The notes beneath the pieces were generated by a model, which worked only from the letters and a program-made list of their open reading frames with translations, was not told the origin of the DNA and ran no database searches. Positions 48,795 to 57,930 of a DNA stretch of 64,000 nucleotides are shown here, in pieces; position 1 is the stretch's first letter; each line of letters opens with the position of its first letter. The stretch spans positions 128,001 through 192,000 of the forward strand of contig JBHLOY010000004.1 of assembly GCA_048939995.1 (NCBI GenBank), written 5' to 3'. The DNA comes from Promethearchaeota archaeon (GTDB lineage: Archaea; Asgardarchaeota; Lokiarchaeia; Sigyniarchaeales; SOKP01). A program made the translations under genes and the position numbers.

Positions 48795-49841
48795 CTATTT
48801 TTGACATAACATTATGATTCTAATTCCTTCTCCTCGACGCATCACGTCGAAAGCTTCATTAATTTCTGAAAGTGGAAATTTATGAGTGATTAATGGTTTA
48901 AGTTGAAGTGAACCATTCTTAACCAAATCAATAATATGTGGATAATCAACAGGGCGACAACCAAGGCTTCCCATAATTTCCATCTCTCGGAACATTACAC
49001 GGCCAATATCAAACTCGTCCCAACGTTCAGGTGAATATCCCACAGCAACTAAGCGACCTCCCGTTCTCAAGCTGTTAAAAGCTTGTTTCATAGTTGTGGG
49101 GTTACCAATTGCCTCAAAAGCAATATCTGCTCCTCCTCCCGTAATTTTTCTTATTACTCCTACTATCTCTCTTTCATCCTTATCTTTAGCTAAAATCGTT
49201 TCTACAGCTCCAATTTGTTTAGCGATCTCTAACTTTTTAGGGACAATGTCAACAGCTATAGGTAACCCTCCCGCTACTTTAATATTTTGAACCACATTTA
49301 AACCTATGCCACCGCATCCTATAACCACCGCCCAATCTCCAGGTCTTACTTGACCTCGATTCTTTACAGCATGGTAAGGTGTTGATACTGCATCCGAAAT
49401 AATACAGCTTTCTTCTAATGACAATTCAGTAGGGAGATGAACTACATCTTTTATCGGAACTTTAATTTGCTGAGCAAATCCGCCATTAATATGATTCCCA
49501 AGCATTATCTGATTAAGGCAGATATTTTCTCTACCCGTTCTGCAGTTAACACAGTACCCGCAAGAGAGTACCGCAGGAATGATCACGTGATCTCCTCTTT
49601 TAAAACTTTTTATATCCTCGCTTATATCTTTGATACGTCCTGAAATTTCATGTCCTAATATTAGAGGAGGCCGCTTAACTGTAGGTACTCCATGTTCTAA
49701 ATAACCAAAATCTGTATGACAAACGCCACAGGCTTCTATCTCTATAATAACTTGACCTAGCTCGTCAGAAATATTTGGATCAGGATAATTATTATCTATC
49801 TTTAAGGGTTCCTTAACTTTTTCAAATATTGCGGCTTTCAT
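48795..49841 (-). CDS. had: 6-hydroxycyclohex-1-ene-1-carbonyl-CoA dehydrogenase (Zn-ADH family)
   Basis: CGVCHTD, LGHEISG, IPAVLSCGYC..C...RENIC, MLGNH..GGFA; in operon with dch/oah/bzd. Confidence 0.8.
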   Translation of the reverse strand: MKAAIFEKVKEPLKIDNNYPDPNISDELGQVIIEIEACGVCHTDFGYLEHGVPTVKRPPLILGHEISGRIKDISEDIKSFKRGDHVIIPAVLSCGYCVNCRTGRENICLNQIMLGNHINGGFAQQIKVPIKDVVHLPTELSLEESCIISDAVSTPYHAVKNRGQVRPGDWAVVIGCGGIGLNVVQNIKVAGGLPIAVDIVPKKLEIAKQIGAVETILAKDKDEREIVGVIRKITGGGADIAFEAIGNPTTMKQAFNSLRTGGRLVAVGYSPERWDEFDIGRVMFREMEIMGSLGCRPVDYPHIIDLVKNGSLQLKPLITHKFPLSEINEAFDVMRRGEGIRIIMLCQK

Positions 49842-49909
49842 CCTAAATTCCTACATTTTGTTGTATTGTTATAATAATTTAAATATAATTGTTATTAAAT
49901 TTAATAAAA

Positions 49910-50689
49910 TTAACGATTCTGCCAATTGGGTGATCGTTTCTCTAGAAATGCTAGTAAACCTTCATTTGCATCATGAGTAGACATTAGTTCCTTAAGATAA
50001 AATTCTTCAATTTCATCTAATATTCTATCAAAATCGAACTTTAAAGCTTTATTAAATGCTTTCTTTGTATATTGTAATACAATTGTACTTAAATTCTCAA
50101 AAGATTCTATATATTGTGCAAATTGTTGTTCATATGATTCGATTGGGAAAATTTGGTTAGAAATCCCAAGCCTATGAGCTTCATTTGCATCAATAATTTC
50201 ACCTAACATAATAAGTTCAAAAGCTTTTTTATTCCCGATAATATGAGGAAAAGCTAATACAGCTATAGGTGGAAATACTCCTACTTTTATTTCAGGTTGC
50301 CCAAATTTTGCTTTATCTGAGGAAAGTACAATATCACAAAATAAGGCAATTTCGCATCCTCCTCCAAGAGCGGCCCCTTTAACACTTGCTATGATTGGAC
50401 ATTTAATCTTGTTAAGTTTTCTAAAAATCCCATGGAATTCCTTGATCATTCTTGATGCTTTTTCACCAATATGGTCACCTACATCAACCCCTGCTGAAAA
50501 TGCTTTTCCATTATGATCAAAAATAACTAGCTTTAGTGAATCATCTTCTATAAATGTTTCAAGAGCTTCGTTGATTTGTTCCATCATCCGAATTGTTAGA
50601 ATATTTAATGGACCATTATTAAATGTAATCTTTCCGATACTATTGGTTTTTTCAACGATAATTAAATCAGTCATCAAATTTTCACTCAA
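49910..50689 (-). CDS. dch: Cyclohexa-1,5-diene-1-carbonyl-CoA hydratase (crotonase family)
   Basis: FSAGVDV..H, ALGGGCE, QPEIKVGVFPP, E..YL.ELM.THDANEGL.AFLEKR. Confidence 0.8.
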   Translation of the reverse strand: MSENLMTDLIIVEKTNSIGKITFNNGPLNILTIRMMEQINEALETFIEDDSLKLVIFDHNGKAFSAGVDVGDHIGEKASRMIKEFHGIFRKLNKIKCPIIASVKGAALGGGCEIALFCDIVLSSDKAKFGQPEIKVGVFPPIAVLAFPHIIGNKKAFELIMLGEIIDANEAHRLGISNQIFPIESYEQQFAQYIESFENLSTIVLQYTKKAFNKALKFDFDRILDEIEEFYLKELMSTHDANEGLLAFLEKRSPNWQNR

Positions 50690-50699
50690 TATTGCTATT

Positions 50700-51668
50700 T
50701 TACTTTAATTTAGCTCCACATTTTCCGCAAAAAGCAAAATCGGAAGGTAAATTTTTTGCTTGGCAAGAAGGGCATGTTACAGAAGGTGGACCCCATAAAA
50801 ACTCAGGATGAGGACTTTCTCTTACTCCTCGGTAATTTGGAGGGCGTTTTTCCACAAATGCTGACATTCCTTCAAGCGGTTCCCATGAAGCATAATGAAT
50901 TGATAACCAATCTTTTGCATGACCAATTGTCTGGTGCCAAACAAAATCTTTCCAAAAGTTAACCTGTTGTTTTGTATATCTCATGCATTCTGGAAATTTG
51001 TCAATTAGTTTCTCACACATCTTATCAATTGCCTCATCTATTTCCGCATAAGGTACTACTTCATTTATTAAGCCCCATTCCAACGCTTTCTGTGCTGAAA
51101 TAGGCTCACATAAATATAGGATTTCTCTTGCTCGTCGATCACCAACTATAATAGGTAACCATTGTGTAGCACCTCCACACGCTACAGAACCGACTCTTGT
51201 TCCAACTTGTCGAATAGTGGCATGTTCTGCAGCAATGGCTAAATCACATGCCATATTCCATTCATTACCACCACCTGCGACAATACCATTAATCCGTGCT
51301 ATGGTAGGTTTACCTATATTTCGGAAAACATCATGAGCTTCTTGAAAAATGCTCATCCATTTCCAATATTCAGCAGGTTGTACAGTAAATCTCTCTTGAT
51401 ATTCTTTTACATCACCACCTGTACAGAATGCTTTTTCACCGGCACCAGTCAAAATTATGACTGCTACTTTATTATCCCATGCGGCATCATGAAAAGCTTC
51501 AATCATTTCCATTAATGTAAGAGTTGAATAAGCATTGTAGACCTCTGGGCGGTTAATTGTGACTGTTGCCTTCCACCCTTTTTTCTCATAAATGATTTCT
51601 TTAAAGTTAAATTCTTTTGGATCTTTAGCGGTAAAATTTGGACTTTTTGTATATGTCATTACAAACAC
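50700..51668 (-). CDS. oah: Ring-opening crotonase (6-oxocyclohex-1-ene-1-carbonyl-CoA hydrolase-like; MenB/BadI/Oah clade) with C-terminal double Zn ribbon
   Basis: NRPEVYNAY, AFCTGGDVKEY, GGGNE..MACDL, KFPEC..YTK...NFWK; first gene of the oah-dch-had-bzd operon. Function assigned from context. Confidence 0.65.
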   Translation of the reverse strand: MFVMTYTKSPNFTAKDPKEFNFKEIIYEKKGWKATVTINRPEVYNAYSTLTLMEMIEAFHDAAWDNKVAVIILTGAGEKAFCTGGDVKEYQERFTVQPAEYWKWMSIFQEAHDVFRNIGKPTIARINGIVAGGGNEWNMACDLAIAAEHATIRQVGTRVGSVACGGATQWLPIIVGDRRAREILYLCEPISAQKALEWGLINEVVPYAEIDEAIDKMCEKLIDKFPECMRYTKQQVNFWKDFVWHQTIGHAKDWLSIHYASWEPLEGMSAFVEKRPPNYRGVRESPHPEFLWGPPSVTCPSCQAKNLPSDFAFCGKCGAKLK

Positions 51669-51872
51669 TTCAATACTTTTTGATTTCTTATATTTTTATT
51701 ACTATTCTTAGATAATTCTACAACTTCATTTAAAATTTGTTAATAGGATAACTTAAGTGGGAATAAAATACCATTAAGGATACGATTTATGTATAAATTA
51801 AAAAGGATAAGATTTAAACTAAACATTATAATTATATTTATTGCCAAGGAGTAAAATATAGAATAGAACTGA

Positions 51873-52130
51873 ATGCTTGTGGTCTCAAAAAAAGAAAAAC
51901 ATGAGGAAGAAAAAGAGGTAAATCTTCGACTTAGAGGGAAAGATTGGGAACGGGGATTTACAGTGGAAGAGAATAGAGTAAATGAATATGTAGAATTATA
52001 TGAATCCATTGGTTATGAAGTACGTGTTGAACCTGCTGTCCCTGACGAACAGGAGGAGTGCCAAACTTGTTTAAAGGCAGATTTTAATAATTTGCGAACA
52101 ATTTATATCAAACGAAAAGAAACTGACTAA
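51873..52130 (+). CDS. Small hypothetical CxxC protein
   Basis: W.R.F...E.R..E..ELYESIGYEV..EP...CQTC...IY. Confidence 0.7.
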   Translation: MLVVSKKEKHEEEKEVNLRLRGKDWERGFTVEENRVNEYVELYESIGYEVRVEPAVPDEQEECQTCLKADFNNLRTIYIKRKETD

Positions 52131-52188
52131 TTTAAATGAATGATATTTTTAGTTAATATTTTTATCTACTTTTTCATTAGATAAATTT

Positions 52189-52629
52189 ATGTCCAAAACG
52201 AATATCGTAAAATTTGAAGATTATGAAGAAGGGACTTCAGCCTCTTGTAGTAAGACTATTACTGAAGCGGACGTAACCTTATTTGCAGGAATCAGTGGAG
52301 ATTTTAATCCTCTTCACGTAAATGAAGAGTTTGCAAAAACTCAAATGTTTGGAAAAAGAGTGGTACACGGAGCATTTAGTTCTGCTTTAATCTCAGCAGT
52401 ACTTGGCGTTCATTTATTTGGTCCTGGAGCTCTTTATGCATCTCAAAAGGTGATCTTTAAAAAACCTGTGTTTATAGGAGATACTTTAACTGCGGTCGCG
52501 ACTGTGACAAAGAAATACACTAAAGAAGGAAAAAGTGGAGTACTACAATTTCTGGATGTGGAAACTAAAGTACTTAATCAGAAAAATGAAGTAGTAACTG
52601 ATGGAGAGGCACAAGTTTTAATTATGTAA
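52189..52629 (+). CDS. MaoC-family (R)-enoyl-CoA hydratase
   Basis: FAGISGDFNPLH, RVVHG, F.KPVFIGDTL. Confidence 0.92.
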   Translation: MSKTNIVKFEDYEEGTSASCSKTITEADVTLFAGISGDFNPLHVNEEFAKTQMFGKRVVHGAFSSALISAVLGVHLFGPGALYASQKVIFKKPVFIGDTLTAVATVTKKYTKEGKSGVLQFLDVETKVLNQKNEVVTDGEAQVLIM

Positions 52630-52646
52630 CTTTTTTTTTCTTTTTT
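52630..52646 (+). terminator. Oligo-T tract, probable archaeal intrinsic terminator
   Basis: Near-uninterrupted T run directly after the maoC stop, followed by a 250-nt intergenic region. Confidence 0.45.
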
Positions 52647-52777
52647 AACAGATTCACTATTGAATTCCCATAAATATGGGAAAAGGAAAAACTTATTATT
52701 TAAAATAAATGTTAAAAATCAAATTAAAATATGTTTAGAAATCGTTCTGAATCGTAATATAGATTAGATAGTCACTT

Positions 52778-52797
52778 CGGAAAGGATTTTATATAAA
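52778..52797 (+). promoter_or_regulatory. Putative BRE + TATA box for the CoA-ligase/thiolase operon
   Basis: CGGAAAGGA followed by TTTTATATAAA, about 90 nt upstream of ATG 52885. Confidence 0.35.
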
Positions 52798-52884
52798 TTT
52801 TCAAAATATAGCATTCAATTACTTGTTTAACAACATAAATTTAAACAGATTAATAAAATGTAATACTTAGTAGAGGATAAGAGA

Positions 52885-54456
52885 ATGTCATGGCTTAATA
52901 TTGGCGAGATGATTAAGGTTAATGCATCTAAATATCCAGATAAACTTGCATTAAAAGATGCAAAACGTAAACTAACATTCAAGGAATTAAATGAAAGGAC
53001 TAATAAACTTGCGAATGGCTTTCTCAAATTGGGACTAAAAAAAGGTGATAAGATCGCTATTTTATCAAATAATTCAATAGAATTCATGGAAACTTATGCT
53101 GCCGCGGCTAAAGGAGGATTTATAATTGTCCCTTTAAACTTTCGTCTACATCCTGAGGAAATTTCTTTCATTATTAACAATTCTGATTCAATTTATTTGA
53201 TTGTAGATTCACGGTTCAAAGAAGCAACCGAACAAATTTGGATGAGAGCTAAAGAATTAGGATTAGATGAAGTTAAACGCATATTAATAGCGGATAATCC
53301 TGCTAATGGTTGGTTACTTTATGAAGAAATTATAGAAATGGGAATTAGTTCATATCCACCTTTAAAAATTAGTCCAGAAGATACATGGGTTATTCTTTAT
53401 ACTTCAGGAACAACCGGGACACCGAAAGGAGTAGTACGATCTCATCGCTCTTACATTGCCTTTTTCTTAATTAATGAAGCGGAATTTTCTTTCACACCCC
53501 AAGATTATGGAATGATCTTGATGCCATTGTCTCATGTGAATTCTACCTTCTACTCATTCGTATTTACATATTTAGGAGCACCGGTTTATATTCATATTGA
53601 GTATAAATTCGATCCTGAAGAGGTATTAAAAATTATTGACAATGAAAAAATTACGTTTACTTCGATGATACCTACTCATTATAATTTAATACTAAGTCTC
53701 CCAGAAAACATAAAGAAAAAATATAATCTCAATTCTATTCGGGCTCTTTTAACCTCTTCAGCTCCTGCAACAAAACAAATGAAGCTAGAGGTAATGAATC
53801 TCTTTAATAGAGCGAAACTTTTTGAGGCATATGGTTCAACTGAGGCAGGACTTGTCACAATCTTAAGACCCGAAGATCAAATGAATAAACTGGGATCTAT
53901 TGGGAAGGAATGCATCGGAACTGATAGCATTCAAATACTTGATGAAGATGGAAAACCTGTACCTTTAGGTGAAATAGGTGAGTTATATTCTCGGGGGCCT
54001 CAAATGTTTGATAAATATTATAAGTTGCCAGAAAAGACTGAAGACTCTTTTAGAGGTGAATTCTTTACAGCGGGTGATATGGCTAAGAAGGATGAGGATG
54101 GCTTTTATTATCTAGTAGATAGAAAAGCAAATATGATTATTACAGGGGGGGAACATGTTTATCCTTCTGAAGTGGAAAAAATCATTATTTCTCATCCATT
54201 GGTTATTGAATGTGCTGTAATTGGTTTACAAGACTACAAATGGGGGGAGAAAGTAACTGCATTTTGCATTTTAAACAAGGAGGCTTTGATTCCAGATGAT
54301 ATTAATAAAGATATACGCACTTTTTGTGAAAAAAGATTAGCACGATTTAAAATACCTAAAGAAGTTTTTATAATCAACTCTGATGAAATGCCTAGAACAG
54401 GCTCAGGAAAGGTGATCCATCGAATATTACGAGAACGATATGATAAAAAAATCTAA
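52885..54456 (+). CDS. AMP-forming acyl/aryl-CoA ligase
   Basis: YTSGTTGTPKG, EAYGSTE, GD, DRK..MII.GGE, PRTGSGK. Confidence 0.9.
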   Translation: MSWLNIGEMIKVNASKYPDKLALKDAKRKLTFKELNERTNKLANGFLKLGLKKGDKIAILSNNSIEFMETYAAAAKGGFIIVPLNFRLHPEEISFIINNSDSIYLIVDSRFKEATEQIWMRAKELGLDEVKRILIADNPANGWLLYEEIIEMGISSYPPLKISPEDTWVILYTSGTTGTPKGVVRSHRSYIAFFLINEAEFSFTPQDYGMILMPLSHVNSTFYSFVFTYLGAPVYIHIEYKFDPEEVLKIIDNEKITFTSMIPTHYNLILSLPENIKKKYNLNSIRALLTSSAPATKQMKLEVMNLFNRAKLFEAYGSTEAGLVTILRPEDQMNKLGSIGKECIGTDSIQILDEDGKPVPLGEIGELYSRGPQMFDKYYKLPEKTEDSFRGEFFTAGDMAKKDEDGFYYLVDRKANMIITGGEHVYPSEVEKIIISHPLVIECAVIGLQDYKWGEKVTAFCILNKEALIPDDINKDIRTFCEKRLARFKIPKEVFIINSDEMPRTGSGKVIHRILRERYDKKI

Positions 54457-54492
54457 ATAATTATAAAAATAAAAAAATTAGAAGTATAAACC

Positions 54493-55701
54493 ATGCCTTT
54501 TAAAAATGCTTATATACCATATGGTCAATATTGGAGTACTCCCTTTTGTAGATGGCAAGGAAGTTTCCAAAATCTTCATGCAATAAAGTTTGCAGCAGAA
54601 CTGACCTCCAAGTTCTTGAACGATAATAAAATATCACCAAATGAATTTGATGAATTATTATTAGGTATTACTATTCCCCAACTCAACTGCTTTTATGGGG
54701 GACCGTGGTTAGCAAGTTTAATTGGTGCTGAACATATAACCGCACCTATTATAAGTCAAGCATGCGCTACTGGAACAAATTCAGTTTCAATCGCTGCACA
54801 AAGTATAGAAGCGGGACTAAATAAAAATGTTCTTATTGTATGTACAGATCGCTGTTCAAATGGACCTCATTTGGCTTATCCTAACCCAGAAGCCCCTGGT
54901 AATACTTTAGATTCAGAAAATTGGGTATGGGATAATTTTGGGTATGACCCGTATGCTAAGAATTCAATGATTCAAACCGGTGAGAATGTTGCAAAAGAGG
55001 TAGGTATAACAAAAGGGGAACAAGATGAAGTCACTATCTTACGTTATAAACAATATCAAGATTCTTTAAAGGACGATAGAGCATTCCAGAAAAAGTATAT
55101 AATAGGGCCTATCGAGGTAAAAGATCGTTCAGGGAGAAAAGTTATAGCTACTGTAAATGGAGATGAGGGAATTTATCCAACTACCATGGAAGGCCTTTCT
55201 AAACTTAGACCTGTACTTCCAGATGGAACTATTACGTATGGAACTCAAACTCATCCAGCTGATGGTAATTGTGGTATGATTGTCACCACTCAAGAAAAAG
55301 CAGCAAAAATGAGAAAGAGAGAAGATATTGAAGTGAGAGTTATTTCTTATGGTGATTATAAAACAAAGAAAGGTTATATGGCTATGGCTATTGTTCCTGC
55401 AGCAAAATTAGCTTTAGAAAGAGCTGGAATTTCAATAGAAGATGTATCTGTGATAAAAACACACAATCCTTTTGCTGTAAATGATATATATTTTTCTAGA
55501 GAGATGGATATTGATTGGAAGTTGATGAATAATTATGGAAGCTCACTTATATTTGGGCATCCACAGGCACCTACCATGCTGAGAATAATTATAGAACTGA
55601 TTGAAGAATTAGTTGAGAAGGGTGGGGGTTACGGTTTAGCAGATGGATGTGCAGCTGGTGATACTGCTGCCGCATTAATTTTAAATGTAAAAGTAGGCTA
55701 A
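54493..55701 (+). CDS. Thiolase family protein (atypical HN-PF/GHP/CAAG signature)
   Basis: QACATG, HPADG, KTHNPFAVND, GHPQAPT, GCAAGD. Confidence 0.85.
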   Translation: MPFKNAYIPYGQYWSTPFCRWQGSFQNLHAIKFAAELTSKFLNDNKISPNEFDELLLGITIPQLNCFYGGPWLASLIGAEHITAPIISQACATGTNSVSIAAQSIEAGLNKNVLIVCTDRCSNGPHLAYPNPEAPGNTLDSENWVWDNFGYDPYAKNSMIQTGENVAKEVGITKGEQDEVTILRYKQYQDSLKDDRAFQKKYIIGPIEVKDRSGRKVIATVNGDEGIYPTTMEGLSKLRPVLPDGTITYGTQTHPADGNCGMIVTTQEKAAKMRKREDIEVRVISYGDYKTKKGYMAMAIVPAAKLALERAGISIEDVSVIKTHNPFAVNDIYFSREMDIDWKLMNNYGSSLIFGHPQAPTMLRIIIELIEELVEKGGGYGLADGCAAGDTAAALILNVKVG

Positions 55702-55764
55702 AATTAATCCTATTATTTATTTTTATTTTAAGTTCAAAATAATATAAAAATTAAGGCACGAGTA

Positions 55765-56997
55765 ATGCTTAGAAAGAAAATACACGCGGTTAAAGAATTA
55801 AATAAAATAATGTCAGAGTACTATCATGACCTAGATCGTGCTTCAAGAACCAATGATAAAAAAATTGCTTGGTGTTCGAGTGTTGGTCCTGCAGAAATTC
55901 TAAGAAGTCTAGATTTTAAAGTATATTTTCCCGAGAATCACAGTGCTATGTTAGGAGCTTCTAGAATGGCCACGGATTTAATTCCGTATGCTAATGCAAT
56001 CGGTTATTCCCCTGAGATTTGCTCATATCTCACTGCTGATATCGGTGCTTATTTAAAAAAAGAAACAGCATTAACTAAAGCCTACTCGGATATTAAAAGT
56101 GTTCCAAAACCAGATGTTTTGGTCTACAACACTAACCAATGTCGAGAGGTTCAAGATTGGTTCAACTGGTTTGCTAATGAATTCAAAGCACCCCTATTAG
56201 GTATTTCTACTCCCAGAACAGTTGGAAAGGTTACGCGTGCACATGTCAACTTTATAGGACAGCAGATGGAACAACTTATTCAGCAATTAGAAGACATTTC
56301 AATGATTGATTTTGAACTTAAAAAACTTAAAGATGTAGTGTTACTTTCTCGAGAATGTTCCGAATTATGGAAAAAAATCTTAGACACAGCAGCTACGATA
56401 CCTTCTCCATTTACGTTTTTTGATGGGACAATCCATATGAGCCCTGCTGTGGTTTTGAGAGGAACTAGCCAAGCTGTAGAATATTATAAAATTTTATTAG
56501 TTGAACTACAACAGAGAGTAAAAGACCATATTGGAGCGGTAGAGAATGAACGTTATAGGCTCTACTGGGAAGGGATGCCTATCTGGGGTAGATTGAAACA
56601 CTATTCTGAATTATTTGCTAGCCTCAATACCTGCATAGTTGCTTCAACTTATTGTAATAGCTGGATTTTCACAGCTTTTAATGAAAATGATCCCATTAGA
56701 AGTATGGCAAAAGCATATACTGAACTCTTTATAGTACGATCAGACGAATATAAAGAAATTTACCTAAATAAGATGATAAATTTATTTAAAGCAGATGGTA
56801 TTATCTTTCATGATGCAAGGACTTGTCCACATAATACAAACAGTCGCTATGGAATGCCACAAAGAATTGAACTCCAAGCAAGAATCCCTAGCTTGATCTT
56901 AAACGGAGACCTGAATGACTTAAGGTGCCTTTCTGATGAGCAATCCAAAACTAGTATAGAGGCATTTATAGAACAGTTAGAAGAATTAAAAGAATAA
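55765..56997 (+). CDS. 2-hydroxyacyl-CoA dehydratase / aryl-CoA reductase family subunit (HgdA/B-like)
   Basis: FPENH, EICSY, NQCREV..W, WEGMPIW, DGIIFHDARTC, IEAFIEQL. Confidence 0.85.
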   Translation: MLRKKIHAVKELNKIMSEYYHDLDRASRTNDKKIAWCSSVGPAEILRSLDFKVYFPENHSAMLGASRMATDLIPYANAIGYSPEICSYLTADIGAYLKKETALTKAYSDIKSVPKPDVLVYNTNQCREVQDWFNWFANEFKAPLLGISTPRTVGKVTRAHVNFIGQQMEQLIQQLEDISMIDFELKKLKDVVLLSRECSELWKKILDTAATIPSPFTFFDGTIHMSPAVVLRGTSQAVEYYKILLVELQQRVKDHIGAVENERYRLYWEGMPIWGRLKHYSELFASLNTCIVASTYCNSWIFTAFNENDPIRSMAKAYTELFIVRSDEYKEIYLNKMINLFKADGIIFHDARTCPHNTNSRYGMPQRIELQARIPSLILNGDLNDLRCLSDEQSKTSIEAFIEQLEELKE

Positions 56998-57020
56998 AGC
57001 CTAATAAGAGAGAATAAAAA

Positions 57021-57491
57021 ATGGTAAATAAAATCAAAGCTATTGAAATTAAAAATTATATCGGCAAAGAATTTGTGACAAAATGGTACAAAGTAAGTCA
57101 AGTTGAAATAAACAAATTTGCAGATCTTACAAAAGATCATCAATACATTCATATCAACCCTGAAAAAGCAAAAGCTTCCATTTATGGAAAAACTGTGGCT
57201 CATGGTTTCTTTGTTTTATCTATGTTGGGATTCTTTACTTTACAGGATGGTGAAAGAGATTCAATGCAATTCTATGTTATAGATGCAAAAGCAATAATCA
57301 ATTACGGTTTTGATAAAATAAGATTTATTTCTCCTGTTCCTGTTGGAGCCTATATTCGAGATGTATCTTATATTTCAAAAGTAGAATTGGTAAAACAAGG
57401 TATGAAATTCACTTCACACCATACAATAGAAATACGAGGACAAGAAAAACCTGCACTTGTTGCAGATTGGATTAATTTACTTATCCTATAG
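57021..57491 (+). CDS. MaoC/NodN-like dehydratase
   Basis: FADLTKDHQYIH, TVAHGF, NYGFDKIRF.SPV. Confidence 0.9.
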   Translation: MVNKIKAIEIKNYIGKEFVTKWYKVSQVEINKFADLTKDHQYIHINPEKAKASIYGKTVAHGFFVLSMLGFFTLQDGERDSMQFYVIDAKAIINYGFDKIRFISPVPVGAYIRDVSYISKVELVKQGMKFTSHHTIEIRGQEKPALVADWINLLIL

Positions 57492-57517
57492 ACTAATTTT
57501 TTTTAAAATTTTGACTC

Positions 57518-57799
57518 TCATCCGCCAACTAGTGGAGGAGAGATAACTATTTGATCTCCATCTTTTAGTTTGGTATCTAAATCTTCTAAAAATAAATAAT
57601 TTCTCCCATTTACTAAAATAACTACATGAGACTCTAAATTTCCATACTTATCTACAAAATTTTTCCTTATTTTTTTTCTATGTTCACCCATGAATTGTTC
57701 AATTACTTCTTTTAGAGTTTCAACATTTGAATAATTGATCTCAGTTAAACCAACATCTGCAGAAAATATTGTCATCAACTTAAGTATGACATTTGCCAT
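57518..57799 (-). CDS. MoaD/SAMP ubiquitin-like sulfur carrier
   Basis: ILVNGRN....LDTKLKDGD....PPLVGG-stop. Confidence 0.9.
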   Translation of the reverse strand: MANVILKLMTIFSADVGLTEINYSNVETLKEVIEQFMGEHRKKIRKNFVDKYGNLESHVVILVNGRNYLFLEDLDTKLKDGDQIVISPPLVGG

Positions 57800-57930
57800 T
57801 AAATCTTAAATATTTTAATGACATTAAAAATTTTATTCAATAGAATTATAAAGAATAATCACAAGGTTAAAAATATCTCTTAGATATTTTCAAATAAGCT
57901 ATTAAAACCTTCTCAGTCTAAATTACGTAA

